From: a virus
Lineage: Duplodnaviria; Caudoviricetes
Virus record (IMG/VR): IMGVR_UViG_3300034126_000011
Location: 1 to 42,062 of that record
Direction: 5' to 3' (one strand)
DNA length: 42,062 nucleotides
Both the position numbers and the translations under genes were made by a program. Below the pieces are notes generated by a model, which worked only from the letters and a program-made list of their open reading frames with translations, was not told where the DNA came from and made no database searches. How positions within the stretch are numbered: the first letter of the stretch is position 1; every line of letters begins with the position of its first letter. Below are positions 16,991 through 25,929 of this stretch, piece by piece.

Positions 16991-17977
16991 TTAAGCCAGC
17001 AGTACTGCACCAGCGTGTTCGTGACGGTCGGTGGTAGCAGCGAATGCCATGTGAGCATCTACGTACCACGACTTCGACAGCTTGTCCCAGAACACGTCGG
17101 AGGTCAGCGAGATAGTCTCGCCAGCCAGAACGGCTTTCGGGGAAGCCAGCAACATCAGCAACTTGGAGAAATCGCCGTTGTAGTCGCCGCCCATCATGGT
17201 CGCAACGTCATCCGGGGTGGAGACGGTGTTGGTGTGCGGCATGTTGTTGGTCTTGATGATCGGCACGCCCAGAGCTTTCAGGACCGGAACGCCTTGCACC
17301 TTGTTGCCGTCGGAGGTGATGTAGTCGCCGTTAACGATTTGCTCGGCATCCATCAGTGCGTAGTACACGGAAGGGCGCACGAACAGGGCGTGACCATCTT
17401 CCTGAGGCACGACGTCCTTCTCTTCCATCTGAGCGAGCAGACGGTTGATAGCCTTGTACAGCTTGGCCGGATCGTTCTCGTCGCCAGCGGCGGAGAGAGT
17501 TTGCTGGGTGCCACCGTAGTGACCCGGCAGCGCACCGTATTTGGAGGAAGTCGCCATACCGGCCTTGGCCATCTGCACTAGGAACGCAGCATCGCGGAAC
17601 TTGGCCATTTTCTTGCCGTGTTCGTTACCGATGGATTTGCGAGTGTCGTACTTGGTCTGGAACACGTCCAGCATCGGCAGAGCCGAGCGAGCCAAGATGA
17701 CGGTCTTCACAGTTACCGAGTTGTCGGAGAACTGGTTCTTGGTGCCGTCCGGAGTAACGCCCGGAGTCAGGACTTGCAGGGTGGATTCACCGATGGCGTC
17801 CTTGGTTACGGTCGCGGTGCCCTTGATGGTGCGGACGGTCAACCAGCCTTCGGTCACGGAGCGAGTTTGCATCGACTCTTCGACGATGCCAGCGAACTCT
17901 TCCAGTACCAGCTCAAACGGATCGGTGCCGGCCAAGCGGGTATTGGGACGAGTTACAACAAAAGAATCACGAGACAT
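16991..17977 (-). CDS. Major capsid protein
   Basis: 328 aa; LEEFAGIVEE, GVPIIKTNNMP, phiKMV/T7 gp10-like; own phage promoter, TAAGGAG RBS and downstream terminator. Confidence 0.95.
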   Translation of the reverse strand: MSRDSFVVTRPNTRLAGTDPFELVLEEFAGIVEESMQTRSVTEGWLTVRTIKGTATVTKDAIGESTLQVLTPGVTPDGTKNQFSDNSVTVKTVILARSALPMLDVFQTKYDTRKSIGNEHGKKMAKFRDAAFLVQMAKAGMATSSKYGALPGHYGGTQQTLSAAGDENDPAKLYKAINRLLAQMEEKDVVPQEDGHALFVRPSVYYALMDAEQIVNGDYITSDGNKVQGVPVLKALGVPIIKTNNMPHTNTVSTPDDVATMMGGDYNGDFSKLLMLLASPKAVLAGETISLTSDVFWDKLSKSWYVDAHMAFAATTDRHEHAGAVLLA

Positions 17978-18008
17978 GTATTGCTCCTTAAAAGTGCGAA
18001 ATGGTTTC

Positions 18009-18034
18009 GTAGTCTATGGGTGCCCAATTGATTT
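18009..18034 (-). promoter_or_regulatory. Phage RNAP promoter upstream of capsid gene
   Basis: AAATCAATTGGGCACCCATAGACTAC in scaffold-capsid intergenic gap. Confidence 0.9.
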
Positions 18035-18051
18035 TGGACACCCAGACCGGG

Positions 18052-18834
18052 TTAGCCGAGGCGGCGATACAGCGCGGCAGCCTGCGGGGAGTTGATGTAA
18101 TCGTCGCCCAGAGAGGCGCGCAGCTTGCCCAGCTCGGCCTTGTACTCGGCGCGGCTGATCGGGCCACCAGCGACCTGTACGGGCTTCACCTCGGCACCGG
18201 TGGCGCGGGCGGCGGGCTCGATCTCGGTGTCGCCGGATTCGATGAACGAGCCGCTGATGAAGCGTGCGGCGATGTGCGCGGTGGCCGGGTTCGACAGCAG
18301 ATCATTGAGCGCCGACTTCTCCTCGGAGGTCGCCGACTTGCCGATATGGCCAACGGCGGCTTCCCAGTCCACGCCCATGCTTGCGGCGATGTCGGTCACG
18401 ATGCCACCGACCTTATCGGCCTTGGCGTCGTTCTCCTTGACGTGACGGTCATACGACTGCTCAGCCAGACCCAGAGCCTGCTCCCAGCCCGGAAGGTTCT
18501 TCTGTGCCAGCTCAGCCTTGAGCAGCGAGAAATCGCCGTTGAAGGCTGCCTCAACAATCGGGTTGTCTGCATTGAATCCGTTCTTCGCGAGGAACTTCAT
18601 CGCATAGCTCAGGCCCGGATCATTCTCCGGTGCCTCATAGCCAGCTTTGTCCAGAACCTCGGCATCACCGGCCTCGGGCTTGGGGGCCGCTGTGGCTGGT
18701 GCCGGGGCCTCGATCTGCGTGCTGGTCGGTGCAGCAGCGGTGGCTGTTGCCGTAGCGGCAGTTTCGCCGCCGCCATTGCCGCCCTCGCCCTCTGCGTTCA
18801 TGAGTGGGAATTTGAAGAGTTGGAAAAAGGTCAT
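18052..18834 (-). CDS. Capsid scaffolding protein
   Basis: Between portal and capsid; acidic Ala/Pro-rich N-terminus; ISRAEY..EL and basic C-end. Confidence 0.88.
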   Translation of the reverse strand: MTFFQLFKFPLMNAEGEGGNGGGETAATATATAAAPTSTQIEAPAPATAAPKPEAGDAEVLDKAGYEAPENDPGLSYAMKFLAKNGFNADNPIVEAAFNGDFSLLKAELAQKNLPGWEQALGLAEQSYDRHVKENDAKADKVGGIVTDIAASMGVDWEAAVGHIGKSATSEEKSALNDLLSNPATAHIAARFISGSFIESGDTEIEPAARATGAEVKPVQVAGGPISRAEYKAELGKLRASLGDDYINSPQAAALYRRLG

Positions 18835-20381
18835 TGCGGTGCCCCCGATTGGTTGATTTGTTGCTGTGCTCCGGCTTCAACTCCGGCCTGCACTGCTTGC
18901 TGGTTTGCGGCTGCCTGCTCTCGCTGCTGTCTCCGCTGATTGATCTCTTCCACTGTTGCGACGTACTTGGTCCGGTTCACTCCACGCCCTGCGGCCATGT
19001 CGGAGATAATCGGTTCCTCGTTGAGCATCTCACGAGTCTCTGCCGGGATCTCTGCCAGCGAACTGACATCCCCGAGGAAGCCCATCATGCGCTGCAATTC
19101 CGCGCTCCGGCTCAGTGCATCCAGACCGGTGATGATAGTCGGCTGGATCTTGGTGCCCCGGATATTGATGTTGGCTGCACGCAACTGCCAGCGAGCAATA
19201 GGCGCCTGCATGTCGATAGCGAGGCGGGAGTAGACACCACCGAGAGATTGCTCCAGCTCAATAGCTTGGATGCGCACCTCCTCGGCAGTAGTCCGCTCAC
19301 TGTCGCGGGTGACAGCAGAGTTCATCAGGAAGCCACGGCCAATGCGTCGAGAGTAGACCTCTTCGACAGACATGATCGTAGCCAACTGATTGCCTAGGTT
19401 CGCAAAGATCAGCCCGAGATCTTTCGGGTCGGCAGGGATAACGTCACCGTTCTTGCCACCCGTAATGTCCTCTGGTTGCGTGATGCCGTTTGGATTGCAC
19501 GCCCAGCGGAACTGTGCTGCCAGTACGGCGCCGTCGGCCATGGCCTCAGAGACGATATCGTGGTTGCCCAGATCGTTGCTGTAGTCCTCGGCCAGTGATA
19601 CGCCGTAGTCCTGACCCAGCGGCAGGCGCCAACTAAGGGCTCGCCATGGCAGGTTCTCAGGCTTCCACTTGCCGGAGTGGCGGGTGGAGAGACATACGTC
19701 CTCGACGTACACGGTGGAGCGATACATGCCACGAGTAAATCTGACAGTCGTATAGACCGTGACCGAGTCCCGAGGCTTACAGGTTGGCACCGCCCGGCGG
19801 TACTCGGCCTCAGCCTCTGCTTCTAGATCCTGTACCCGAGTGATCTCGCGAAAGACCAGCCGGAGCACTTGGCCCTTTCGATTACGCTCTACAGCATAAT
19901 CTCGCAGACTAATAAAGCTGATCAGATCCTTATCGCTAAGGTCCATCAGCACGTCGCCGACACATACCAGCGCCGCAAGCCCCTCATACAGAGCAGGGCG
20001 GGAACCGGATGCCTCCAGTACCCGCAGAGCCTCACGCTCGCCCTCTGCCAGCACGTTCGTGAGCATGCTGTCGTCAGGCAACTGGAGTTGTTCCATGAAC
20101 TTGGCTTTCTCGGCGGATGCCAGCTCCAGACGCATGAAGCTAACGCCGGGAGCGAACATGGCCAGCATCAGCTTGTTGACGATGTTGATCGCCCCTTGCG
20201 CGCCGAGGGATGTCGAACCGTTTGTCAGCGACTCATTGAGCACGCTGTAGTTCTTGTCCGGCAGAGAGCTTGGTATAGTCACCTCGGCGAGCCGCTCTTT
20301 CCGAGACATCATCGTCTCGCGGTTCACCGTCATGCTGTCCCAGATGCTCTGCCCCGTTTCCTTCTCGCCGTAGTCCATCAT
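18831..20381 (-). CDS. Portal (head-tail connector)
   Basis: 516 aa; GA..NIVNKL.LAMF, YG.SL.EDY, RDSERTTAEEVR..A.ELEQSLGGVYS motifs of the T7 gp8 family. Confidence 0.96.
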   Translation of the reverse strand: MMDYGEKETGQSIWDSMTVNRETMMSRKERLAEVTIPSSLPDKNYSVLNESLTNGSTSLGAQGAINIVNKLMLAMFAPGVSFMRLELASAEKAKFMEQLQLPDDSMLTNVLAEGEREALRVLEASGSRPALYEGLAALVCVGDVLMDLSDKDLISFISLRDYAVERNRKGQVLRLVFREITRVQDLEAEAEAEYRRAVPTCKPRDSVTVYTTVRFTRGMYRSTVYVEDVCLSTRHSGKWKPENLPWRALSWRLPLGQDYGVSLAEDYSNDLGNHDIVSEAMADGAVLAAQFRWACNPNGITQPEDITGGKNGDVIPADPKDLGLIFANLGNQLATIMSVEEVYSRRIGRGFLMNSAVTRDSERTTAEEVRIQAIELEQSLGGVYSRLAIDMQAPIARWQLRAANINIRGTKIQPTIITGLDALSRSAELQRMMGFLGDVSSLAEIPAETREMLNEEPIISDMAAGRGVNRTKYVATVEEINQRRQQREQAAANQQAVQAGVEAGAQQQINQSGAPQ

Positions 20382-20806
20382 ACCCGGACACTCGCACCGC
20401 TAGACTTGCCACCGATCTGGCCCCGGAACTTCTTCCGTGTGCTAGTCGCCGGGGCGATATCGTCATCGGCGGCCAGTTGCACAGTGGGGCGCTCGGTTAC
20501 TTGCTGACTTGCGTCTACCAACTGCTCCTGTGCGTTCTGTCGATCCTGCGACAACTGGATCTGGCTGGCCGTCTGCTGCGATGCCTCGTTAGCCGCTTGC
20601 AGTTGCATGTTCGCGGCCTCTTCCGCCTGTCGCGCCTGCTGCTTGGCCATGTCCATTGCGTTCTTCTGCGCCTGCTCGGCAGGGCTCAGGGCCTTGTCGG
20701 AGCCATAGAGCAGATCGCCACTTGGATCAGGGAGGCCCAGTTTCTTGCCCACTTGGTGGCCGAGGTCGAACTTGGCTACCAACTTACGGATTTTCTTGCT
20801 GCCCAT
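20378..20806 (-). CDS. Small virion/tail assembly protein (T7 gp6.7/7.3 position)
   Basis: MGSKKIRK start, Gln/Ala-rich coil, basic C-end SVRV; directly upstream of portal. Confidence 0.7.
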   Translation of the reverse strand: MGSKKIRKLVAKFDLGHQVGKKLGLPDPSGDLLYGSDKALSPAEQAQKNAMDMAKQQARQAEEAANMQLQAANEASQQTASQIQLSQDRQNAQEQLVDASQQVTERPTVQLAADDDIAPATSTRKKFRGQIGGKSSGASVRV

Positions 20807-21251
20807 TTACTTCTCCCATCAGCTCGATTGTAGAAATGGCAAGGCCCTCTCGCTGATAGAGTTTGGCCAAGCCAGCTATCCGCCCATTGGCGGGTGCCCT
20901 TGTGCCGACGACGAATCGCTTCAGTCCCACCATAGCACCAGCCGCACGGGCAATGGCTGCGACAGTCCTGACATCGACTCCTCGTCCTACGAACTCTTCT
21001 GCGATTACGGTTTCCCTGCTGAAGCCGGGGCGTGTCTCGGAGAGGCACACCACCTTGTCATTGACGAACACGAACAGTGCAGTCGTCTCGATATCCGCCA
21101 AGTATTCCTCGGGAGTTACACACTCCCATCCGGTCATGCGCTCATACTCGTCGCGCAGATCCTGAAGCTCGGCCAGTACAAAGATCCGCTGCTGGTGCGG
21201 CTTCCACTTGCACTCACCCAGCTCGCCGTCTATGAAACTCACAGCCCACAT
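20784..21251 (-). CDS. Putative GNAT-fold protein (phiKMV gp28 position), 155 aa
   Basis: Start re-called at ATG 21251 (GAGGA RBS); EEFV and GLAKLYQREG resemble GNAT motifs. Confidence 0.6.
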   Translation of the reverse strand: MWAVSFIDGELGECKWKPHQQRIFVLAELQDLRDEYERMTGWECVTPEEYLADIETTALFVFVNDKVVCLSETRPGFSRETVIAEEFVGRGVDVRTVAAIARAAGAMVGLKRFVVGTRAPANGRIAGLAKLYQREGLAISTIELMGEVNGQQENP

Positions 21252-21264
21252 AATGGTTTCCTCG

Positions 21265-21280
21265 CTATGGGTGCCCAATT
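21265..21280 (-). promoter_or_regulatory. Partial phage RNAP promoter overlapping upstream stop codon
   Basis: 16-nt core AATTGGGCACCCATAG identical to the other copies, followed by the GAAACCATT leader also present at the capsid and tailspike promoters. Confidence 0.65.
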
Positions 21281-21509
21281 ACTGAGCGAAGTCTTTGCGA
21301 ACCGTATTCAGTGCTCGCTGGATGCCGAGACGGTACGCTGCGGCTTGGTCGTTGTCGGAGCCTGAGATGACTGGAGGTTCCAGTTGTCTCTCCAATCGAG
21401 CATATGCAGTAGGACTTAACACCTCTACATATTGTTTAATAACCTCTACCTCTACTTTATGAGTAGAGATAAAGATATTCTTAAATACATTAACTAAGAA
21501 TTTAATCAT
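21279..21509 (-). CDS. Conserved small protein, first late gene (76 aa)
   Basis: CAGGA RBS right after phage promoter; C-terminal AYRLGIQRALN.VRK; 5' half very AT-rich. Confidence 0.75.
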   Translation of the reverse strand: MIKFLVNVFKNIFISTHKVEVEVIKQYVEVLSPTAYARLERQLEPPVISGSDNDQAAAYRLGIQRALNTVRKDFAQ

Positions 21510-21519
21510 ATTTATTCCT

Positions 21520-21545
21520 GTAGTCTATGGGTGACCAATTGATTT
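21520..21545 (-). promoter_or_regulatory. Phage RNAP promoter immediately downstream of RNAP gene
   Basis: AAATCAATTGGTCACCCATAGACTAC, one mismatch to consensus. Confidence 0.88.
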
Positions 21546-21547
21546 AC

Positions 21548-23950
21548 CTATGCAAAGAAGTAGGTGGAGTTGAGTACCTCTCTCAAGTCCAGATCCCCGT
21601 ATTCCGGCAAAGGCTCTGTGATGCCGTAGAAGTCCCGAAGGATGGTCAACGGGCATCCTTGCTCGTACATCGTCACGAACGTCTCCCTGATGAGCCTGTG
21701 CAGCGTCTCAGTGCCATCGGGAGTTGTACCGTAGTCGTCGTGGATGAATGCCAGATGTCCCAGCCCCGCATCGTCTGCCGCGCAGATCAGGAAGTGCATG
21801 TGCGCCGCATCACAGGAGTGAATGAAGTTCGGGGCGATCCCGTTCCTGTGCCTGCGTTTGCAGGGCCTGTCCTCCTCTAGCTGGATCGTGGGCCGGATAC
21901 GTACCCCCCCGGCGATCCGCGTCTCCACCTTGATGAACTCCATCACCCCGTATCGCTGTCGGACCATGAACCCGGATGGCGACCTGAAACAGATCTCATC
22001 CACGCCCCGGTCGATCAGCTCGTCAGAGGCGTTCTGGAGCCACTGCATGGCCTCTCTTGCCTTGACCACTACGTTGCCGATTGCGTCCCACACCGGCACG
22101 CTCAGCCACCTTGACGCCGCCCTGTACTCCGTCTTCTCGAACTCCGGAGCCTTGTGCTTGGAGACGTACTCGGTGTAGATGAAGTCAGAGCACGAGAACC
22201 TCGTCGAACCATACGGTAAAGTCATAACGCTGCGTTTGACTAAGTCCCTGCTCAGCGAATGGCTCCTCCAACGGGCCGCAAATGGCGCTGAGTCCAAGGT
22301 AGACATCTGCGCTAATATTCGTGAAGTTTCCTCGGCTACAAGCCGGTAGATGTCTTGCTGCGTGCATGAAGGCACTAAATTCGTTGCCCGTCCACCCACA
22401 CTGTCCCGTAGCATGGCCGAGAAGTGCTGCAAGCCGTTGCAGCTCCCATCCTGACCCAGCGCCAAGTGTGAAACAAAGCTCTCTGGCATGGCCGTAAGCT
22501 GGGCGAACTCGAAACACCAAGCTAGGAACTGGAATGGATTGTCTGCGGTAGTCCACTGCCGATTCGCTATGGGGTCGGATGCAATCGCGCAGATCATTTC
22601 TGAACGCTCTACTGTCCATTCGTACCTCTCCTCAAGAGTTGCTTTATCAAAGCCGAACCGGTTAGCTCCGGCTGTGTAGAACCAGAACTTGGATCGCATG
22701 TCGTTGATGGGGACTCCTTCAGCGCTGCGCAGCAACGCCTTCTGGAGATCTGAACCTTGTGGGCTAACGCCCCTCGTGTTCGCATAAGCTCGACCTCTAT
22801 AGTCGTACTGATACACAAACCAAAATGGTAGACCCTTGAACATCCGGGCAACTCGCAGAGCCTCGTAGTACCGGCCCCACTGTACGCCCCGGCTCTTGTT
22901 CTCGGTGTACCACTCCCGCATCTCAATCTTCCATGCGGCGAACTCGGCAAGCTGCCCGCCGTGCATCTGCTCCTTGGTCATGTCTTCCGACAGCCAGTCC
23001 GGCGACTGCGGCTTGGGTAGCTCGGCCTGTGCCAGCACCTCGCCCACGTCGAATCGCTCCCCGACAGCATCGACCGCTGCGAGCACCTGCCCGTTGATAC
23101 GCCACGAGCGGCGCTGAAGGATGTTCAGGGCGCGCAACGGGATATCCGGTACATCGGTCAGGTCTTCGACTCGCGCCCTGCCACGGATGCAGGAGGGGGC
23201 CACACGCCGCATCACCGCCGTATGGTAGCCGCCGTTGTTGGCGTCCGTCCAATCCTTCGGCGGCTCGACGCAGGGCAGCGACATGGGCTGGCACCCGGCC
23301 AGAAATCCCTTTACCTGATCCAGCATGCCGGCGACGTCTGCTGGGAATGCGTACTCCCGGTGCGTCTTCTTGCCCCGGCGTACGTCTGTGATCTCCACCA
23401 AGCCGACATCTCTGGCAAGGTATATCAGTATAGTGCCTACCGCATAGCGGTCCTCTGCGGACCACACAGGCAGCGGTATGCCGTGCTTCTCGGCCTGCAT
23501 GCGGAACACCGTGATCCGGTGATTCTCGCTCTTGGTCATCCGACGTTCAAAGTCATGAACGAGGGTGAAGTATAGGTCGGGCTCGATGCTCTCGAATTTC
23601 TCCAAGAGCGTCTCCCCGTAGATCGACTGCCCGAGCATCCGGGCTACGGCTGTCGGGCCGTTCTCCTTGGCTTGCAGCGTGGCGTCTAACAGAGTCCTTA
23701 CCGTCAGGAACGCCAGTACCATTGGATCATGTGGCCGCAACAATCCCTTGCTGCTAGCCTGTACACCTCGCTTGATTTCACCGCAGTAGGCTGCGATTGC
23801 TTCAGACAGAGGCAGAACGAACCGCCGATAGATCGCAGCGGCATACGGGTTGTTGTGTGCCGCTCCTGCGTCTTCGTTGCGTTTGAGCGAACCGAGCACC
23901 TTAGCCCGGCCACCGTCCACCATCTGTTGCTCCAGCTCTGCCTGATTCAT
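21548..23950 (-). CDS. Single-subunit (T7-type) DNA-directed RNA polymerase
   Basis: DYRGRAY, motif A DGSCNGLQH, motif B R..VKRSVMTLPYG, APNFIHSCDA, motif C IHDD; end-of-replication-module position as in phiKMV-like phages. Confidence 0.98.
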   Translation of the reverse strand: MNQAELEQQMVDGGRAKVLGSLKRNEDAGAAHNNPYAAAIYRRFVLPLSEAIAAYCGEIKRGVQASSKGLLRPHDPMVLAFLTVRTLLDATLQAKENGPTAVARMLGQSIYGETLLEKFESIEPDLYFTLVHDFERRMTKSENHRITVFRMQAEKHGIPLPVWSAEDRYAVGTILIYLARDVGLVEITDVRRGKKTHREYAFPADVAGMLDQVKGFLAGCQPMSLPCVEPPKDWTDANNGGYHTAVMRRVAPSCIRGRARVEDLTDVPDIPLRALNILQRRSWRINGQVLAAVDAVGERFDVGEVLAQAELPKPQSPDWLSEDMTKEQMHGGQLAEFAAWKIEMREWYTENKSRGVQWGRYYEALRVARMFKGLPFWFVYQYDYRGRAYANTRGVSPQGSDLQKALLRSAEGVPINDMRSKFWFYTAGANRFGFDKATLEERYEWTVERSEMICAIASDPIANRQWTTADNPFQFLAWCFEFAQLTAMPESFVSHLALGQDGSCNGLQHFSAMLRDSVGGRATNLVPSCTQQDIYRLVAEETSRILAQMSTLDSAPFAARWRSHSLSRDLVKRSVMTLPYGSTRFSCSDFIYTEYVSKHKAPEFEKTEYRAASRWLSVPVWDAIGNVVVKAREAMQWLQNASDELIDRGVDEICFRSPSGFMVRQRYGVMEFIKVETRIAGGVRIRPTIQLEEDRPCKRRHRNGIAPNFIHSCDAAHMHFLICAADDAGLGHLAFIHDDYGTTPDGTETLHRLIRETFVTMYEQGCPLTILRDFYGITEPLPEYGDLDLREVLNSTYFFA

Positions 23951-24915
23951 TACTCGCCTTCTGTCTTGTCGTCCCGCACCCGGATAAAGCGCGGCTCACG
24001 GATCATGCCATGTTGACTCTCGCTAAGGCCATGAGCCTCAACTATCTTACCGATCCAGCATCGCCACATGTCCTGTGGCTGGCCGATAGTTACCAGTGCC
24101 CACTGCTCGGCACGCTCTGCCGTGGTCATCTTACCGCCACCGATGGTAAGCTCTCGACCTTCCCACTCTACGACAATGGCGCCAACCATTCCGGCGAACT
24201 TGCCCTCGCCCTCATTGAAGCGCAAGACCTTAACGTCGATGCTCAGGTGATCCTTGATCTTTACGACCGCGCCGCACGAGCCGCTGCCAGCTTTCCAAGT
24301 ACCGTTTCGATCCTTGCGCATGAATCCATCGATTGCGAACACTGCACCATATTGCGTGCGGCTAGCATCCACGACATCTTGTCCATGCTCTGTGCAGTAG
24401 CTAGCATATGCGAGGCGCACAGGGCTATAAGACTCGTTGCCATTGGAAAATTCACGTCGCTGAATGGCGTGAACGATCTCGAAACAACGATCACGCCTTG
24501 TCTTGTACCGCACCGGGCAAGAGCCCGCTTCGAAGTCCGCAAGCGGCACGTAGTCGAAGACGACGGCCTCCAGTAGCTCCGCTCCCGCAGCCACGTATGT
24601 CCGACGGAACGTGCCATTGATGATGGAGTGATCGAGCCATTCGTGCCAAGCTTCGGCAAACAGCACGAAGTTGTCTTCGGCGATTGCTTCAAGCTCTGCG
24701 ATAACGTGATCCATAGCAGCCAGCACCGGCTCACCTTGGCGAGAGAACGCATACGCTTTACCGTCCTTTTTCACTAGGATGCAGTGGCACCCATCATATT
24801 TGATTTCGTAGATGTCGTCGTGACGCTCTGCCAAAGCGGCCTGCACCTTGGCAGACAGCTTGCGAGGTTCGATAGCCTTGTGTACCAGTGTGCGGCGCTT
24901 CGGTAGAATGTACAT
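23950..24915 (-). CDS. ATP-dependent DNA ligase
   Basis: Motif I EIKYDG, FDY, EGEGKFAGMVGA, REPRF..VRDDK. Confidence 0.94.
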   Translation of the reverse strand: MYILPKRRTLVHKAIEPRKLSAKVQAALAERHDDIYEIKYDGCHCILVKKDGKAYAFSRQGEPVLAAMDHVIAELEAIAEDNFVLFAEAWHEWLDHSIINGTFRRTYVAAGAELLEAVVFDYVPLADFEAGSCPVRYKTRRDRCFEIVHAIQRREFSNGNESYSPVRLAYASYCTEHGQDVVDASRTQYGAVFAIDGFMRKDRNGTWKAGSGSCGAVVKIKDHLSIDVKVLRFNEGEGKFAGMVGAIVVEWEGRELTIGGGKMTTAERAEQWALVTIGQPQDMWRCWIGKIVEAHGLSESQHGMIREPRFIRVRDDKTEGE

Positions 24916-25121
24916 CAGATTACGTCCTCCAGTGTGAGTTTGCCGGCGGCGATGGCTTCCGACACACCGCGCAGCAGTGCAGCCATTGCATCCTGCCGCT
25001 TGGCCGGATCCTCTGGGTACAGGCTGCGCGCCCAGTAGACAAGCTCGCCGGCCTTGCTGCGGATAACGGCTTCGACGTGGTCAGTGCCGTCAATAGTGAC
25101 GGCGTTCACACCGACCTTCAT
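24915..25121 (-). CDS. Hypothetical protein (68 aa)
   Basis: GGAG RBS; start/stop overlaps with both neighbours. Confidence 0.7.
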   Translation of the reverse strand: MKVGVNAVTIDGTDHVEAVIRSKAGELVYWARSLYPEDPAKRQDAMAALLRGVSEAIAAGKLTLEDVI

Positions 25122-25363
25122 ACTCCGCCGTCCAGACGAACAGCAGCGTAGACCTCGTCGAGATCGTTGTCGTCGCGAGACAGCTCGCTAAGCGCCATCT
25201 CCAGATCCACAGTCAGCTCGCCGGCTTCCGGCAGGTTGATGTGACCCAGAGCCAAGGCGTCAGCGATGCGCTTGTCCAGCACGTCCAGCTCTGCGCGGTT
25301 CTGCGTGTCCAGAGCTGCTTGGATGTGATTGCTCATTTCTTGGTAGTGAGTACGCTGTTTCAT
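25118..25363 (-). CDS. Hypothetical acidic protein (81 aa)
   Basis: Start re-called at 25363 (ATGA overlap with upstream stop). Confidence 0.7.
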   Translation of the reverse strand: MKQRTHYQEMSNHIQAALDTQNRAELDVLDKRIADALALGHINLPEAGELTVDLEMALSELSRDDNDLDEVYAAVRLDGGV

Positions 25364-25929
25364 TTTCCGAAGCCCTCGTGGTGCATTTGAGATAGGAACA
25401 TAGCGTTGCACGCTACGTGGTCGATGTGCGGTAGGCCGGACCCGCCCGGTTCGTTGTCGTAGATCTCGCCGCGCTCGATAGCCGCAAGGTGTCGGTGCAG
25501 GGCGTCCTTATACCGACGACCGGCCTCGGGCACCTCCTTCCAGCCGTTGCGCTGCTTGTACTTACGAAAGCCGAAGCCCAGAACGGCGATTACTCCGGCC
25601 ACTGCAAGGTGACAGCCCGACAGAAGCAGGCCCGGTTCGGCCTTATCCCCATCGAACTTCTGTCCGGTGGCCGGCTGCGAACTAGCGGCATCCATTTTTG
25701 GGTCTGGAGTGGGCGAGATCGCCGCGTCCACCGCACATACCGTGGATTGTCCTGACGCTGTGCGCCAGATACCGGGCTCTCCCGGCACAGGTAGGTGCAT
25801 CTGAGAGCACTGGTAGTCGCCAGTCTCGGTGTCGTAGATCTCACCAGTTCGCGGGTCCAACCAGCGGTCCCCTGTAACGTACTGCAAGTTAACCCCGGCG
25901 ATATACCGCACACGAATACGAGACATCAC
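25360..25929 (-). CDS. DUF5664 / dATP-dGTP diphosphohydrolase N-terminal-like domain protein
   Basis: KFDGDK..PGLL, VLGFG..KY...GW, RY.DAL.RHL, SGLPHIDHVACN.MFL recognised in the C-terminal half. Confidence 0.8.
   Translation of the reverse strand: MMSRIRVRYIAGVNLQYVTGDRWLDPRTGEIYDTETGDYQCSQMHLPVPGEPGIWRTASGQSTVCAVDAAISPTPDPKMDAASSQPATGQKFDGDKAEPGLLLSGCHLAVAGVIAVLGFGFRKYKQRNGWKEVPEAGRRYKDALHRHLAAIERGEIYDNEPGGSGLPHIDHVACNAMFLSQMHHEGFGK
25683..25711. repeat. 29-bp dispersed element, copy A
   Basis: TAGCGGCATCCATTTTTGGGTCTGGAGTG; related copies at 36092, 38689, 40439. Confidence 0.85.

Noticed and set aside
16953-17020. T7 10B-style frameshifted capsid extension
   Set aside because: No slippery run at the capsid 3' end, and the terminator plus tail tube A follow within ~60 bp, leaving no extension frame
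18016-18939. 307-aa plus-strand ORF starting inside the capsid promoter
   Set aside because: Antisense to scaffold; the ATG is simply part of the promoter motif
25683-25711. 29-bp element as a dif/XerCD or integrase att site
   Set aside because: No match to the dif arms (e.g. TTATGTTAAAT), arms are not inverted repeats, and no integrase is encoded
25360-25929. DUF5664-like gene as a sign of a Z-genome (2-aminoadenine) pathway
   Set aside because: No PurZ/adenylosuccinate-synthetase-like or HD-domain dATPase gene recognised in the genome
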